Part shown: piece by piece, positions 61,178 to 64,000 of the stretch | Layout of the letters: each line of letters begins with the position of its first letter | Position numbering within the stretch: position 1 is the stretch's first letter | Assembly: GCF_009914755.1 (NCBI RefSeq) | Contig: NC_060932.1 | From: the human T2T-CHM13v2.0 reference genome, Homo sapiens | Length of the DNA: 64,000 nt | Reading direction: 5' to 3' (one strand) | Made by a program: the position numbers and the translations under genes | Notes under the pieces: generated by a model | What the model was told of the DNA's origin: nothing | Database searches by the model: none | What the model saw: the letters and a program-made list of their open reading frames with translations, nothing else

Positions 61178-62512
61178 GTCTTTTCAGTTTCTTGGTGTAT
61201 CCGTTGAAGCACAAAAGCTCTTAATTTTCATGAAGTCCAATTTATTAATCTTCTATTGCTTATGATTTTGGTGCTTTTATACTTTTACACAATATTATGA
61301 AGATTTACTCCTATGTCTTCTGGTGAGAGTTTTCTAGTTTTAGGTTTTATAGTAGGTCTGTGAATCACTTTTAGTTTGGGTATAGTAAGAAGTAGGAACC
61401 CAGTACTTTGCACATATTCACACAGTTGTTCCAGCACAAGTGGTTGAAAAAAACATTCATTTTCCATTGAATTGTTTTGGCCTCTTTGTTGAAAATTAAT
61501 TGACCATAAATGTTAGAGTAGAAGGTTAGGTTATGGATTTGAGATAATTATTTTCTTTTTCTAAAAGGTGTATAAAGGTATAAATTTCCCTCCAAATCCT
61601 GCTTTAGTTGCATGCCACACATTCTGTGATGTTGAACTTCTTTTTTATCCACATAAAAATATTTTCTAATTTCCCCTGTGATACCTTCTTTGACCTATTG
61701 TTTATTTAGGACCTTGATTAATTTCCACATATTCATGACTTTTCCAAATGTCTTTCTGTTGTTGATTTCTAATTTAATTGCCTTATACCTATAGAATATA
61801 ATTTGTATGATTGTAATACTTTTAAATTTATTGAGGCTTATTTATGACCTAGCATATGGTGTTTCCTGGAGAATGTTCCATGTGCACATGGCTTGCTCAT
61901 CTGGGAATGGAACTTAACATTTTATGATAAAACTGTGGTGGGGCCCATTAAAGCCCAATATTTTCAGCCTTCCATGTCTATAGTAGAGGATCCACTGTAT
62001 AGGTGAAGGCTGAATTGTGGAAGGGACCACCAGTCCTCTCTGTCATGTCTGCTTGGAATAGAGCTTCTGCAACACGGAGCTATGAGGGATGAGAGATGCC
62101 AGCTCCCTGCTCCTTCTGGCTTGAAACTATAGCCCTAGACAGGGATCTGGAGGTAGTTCAAGATGCCTGCCCCTCCAGCCTCGAAACTATAGCCCCAGAC
62201 TGGGTGCTGGAGGCAGTTGGAGACCCCTGCCCCTCCTGGTTTGAAACTGTAGCCCAAGACTAGGCACTGGAGCCAGTGGGTGACCCATTTTATTGTTGCT
62301 CTTGCTCAGTAAACATCTTAATTTTACTGACCTTGGGGGTGGGGATGGGAGCAAGGTGTGATTCAAATGTAACAGTCCCTGTTTTCTATTTGCTGTATGT
62401 ACTTCAGGCAATTTCCAGATACTTTAAATGGTTGGATCTTTTTTTTTCATAATTTTCACCGGTTAAATGATTGTTTTACCACCAAGCTCTTCACACTTCC
62501 ATTTTGGAAGTC
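61178..62512 (-). mobile_element. Ancient antisense L1, heavily deleted, including its 5' UTR
   Basis: Antisense ORF2 pieces ('gatgaagtccaattta'-like, 'ctggagaatgttccatgtgcac'). The reverse complement of the right end reads gacttccaaaatggaagtgtgaagagct, like an L1M 5' terminus. Confidence 0.7.
62101..62286. repeat. Three-copy 60-bp minisatellite
   Basis: Unit cctgcYcctYc.g.YtYgaaactRtagccc.agac..gg..ctggag starts at 62106, 62166 and 62226. Confidence 0.92.
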
Positions 62513-62869
62513 ACAATATGCCTCTATTCTTAAATAACAAAAATAAATAGCAAACTGGTACAATCACAAATAGAGGTTTCATGCAGGAAGTTTTTAAGCA
62601 TTACATGTTTTCATTCTTGCAATAATGTCAAATTTATCTTTTAGAAATGGGCAAATAAATATATCTGTGTTTTTTGCTTGAATGAAAGTTATAAGTGACA
62701 AATTGTTATTCCTATTCTTTCCTGAAATAGACAAAAATATTCATTATTATGTTGCAAGTGTCTGAGAATTCCAGACATATAAAGAGAAATTAGACAAAAG
62801 TTTTTTTAAACATATAGCATGTTCTGGGATGGAACTGTTTAGTATTGCAAAACATATCTGTTTTCTCAA

Positions 62870-63715
62870 AATTAGAAAGCAATCTCATTTAAAATACAAC
62901 ATGATTTTGAGGGATCTTGATAAGCTAATTCTAAAATTTATCTAGAAAATAAAATGTGTGAGAATAGCTAACAAACTGAAAAAGGAGAGCAAATAAGAGA
63001 TGTATTTTTTTTCTATCACATAGAAAAATATATTGAAAACCACAGAAATAAAATAAAGAATAAATAAATAAATTGGTAGGTAGGTCAATGCCTCTGAGCA
63101 CAGGTGATGAAGATGACATTTCAAATTACTGGGAAAAGACTGGAAATTTTATAAATGATTTTTGGGAAACTGATTATCCATATGAAAATTAAAAATGGGA
63201 AACTTATGATGTACTATATGTAAAATAAAGTCTAAATTAAAAAAAGGAATAAATATAAACACCTCACATTATAAACTTATTGGAAAATTCTGAGACAGTA
63301 ATTCAGTAACCTCAGGGAAAATGAAAACCTCTGATAGCAAAGCATAAATGCAAGATCGTAAATAAAATACTGATACGGTTGGCTGCATATACATTAAAAT
63401 TTTCTGTGACAAAATGTGCCATAAACCAACTTAAAACCAAAATGAGAGAAAACAACAAAAAAATAGTTTTTACTTAGATAAAATACACACAGAATATATA
63501 AATATTGTATACATATCAACAAGAAAAAACATACAACAGGGAAAAGTGCAAAAATATGAGAAGAAAATTAATGAAAGAGGAAACCTAATAACCATTAGGA
63601 AAAATTGTCTAGTATATATGGGAGAAGACTCTCCCCTCCATTACTAATCAGGGAAAAACAAGATAAAACAACAAATTATTTCAAAAATTAAAAAGACACA
63701 TAGTTCCCAACAGTG
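62870..63715 (+). mobile_element. Ancient L1 (L1ME-like) ORF2 3' fragment
   Basis: 'cttgataagctaattctaaaatttatctagaaaa' and 'ataaatgatttttgggaaactg'. Confidence 0.7.
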
Positions 63716-63719
63716 AAAG

Positions 63720-63835
63720 ATCCAGGAGGCCAGAACCTCTGCTTTGATCTCCACTGATCAGTACCAAACACAGCACCTGGCATAGAGAATATCTGAACAC
63801 TGGTTGAATGAATAAGTAAATGAAGGAATGAATAC
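63720..63835 (+). mobile_element. L2 3' end relic
   Basis: 'acagcacctggcatagag...gttgaatgaataagtaaatgaaggaatgaat'. Confidence 0.7.
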
Positions 63836-64000
63836 TGATAGACACAGGGAAATAACTGCACTTAATATTTGCATCTTTTCTGATTCATGTGCTTTATTCT
63901 CAAGTTCTCTGTCAAAGACTTTCAAATCCAATGTCCTCCTCGAAGATTTCCTTGATTAAGATCGGTTTTCTTACAACACATTAAAAAAAGAACCAATAAT

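Noticed and set aside
62101-62286. CRISPR-like array
   Set aside because: Eukaryotic context, whole units are homologous with no unique spacers, and there are no cas genes.

Overview
AT-rich, CpG-poor primate genomic DNA, most likely human or a close catarrhine because it carries AluY, AluS, AluJ and FAM elements plus L1PA and L1M LINEs. I could not recognise any protein-coding exon, RNA gene, CpG island or CRISPR-like array, so it reads as a large intron or intergenic segment; I could not identify the locus. Most of the window is layered transposon debris: about 18 Alu/FAM copies, two near-full-length dead L1s (36930-43005 and 54345-61175), a twin-primed L1PA, MIR and L2 relics, Tigger3, MER30B and MER5 DNA transposons, several LTRs and an ERV-L pol fragment. 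Every recognisable ORF in the track is L1- or Alu-derived. I found no evidence for a new biological system. The most unusual observations are rearrangement scars: two templated patches copied into the same ORF2 C-terminal region of different L1s, a probable deletion fusing an LTR to a decapitated L1, and a 94-bp duplication across an LTR end. A few unique-sequence blocks also contain exon-like or hairpin signals. Repeat subfamily names come from my recollection of consensus motifs, not from a search, and boundaries of old elements are approximate.
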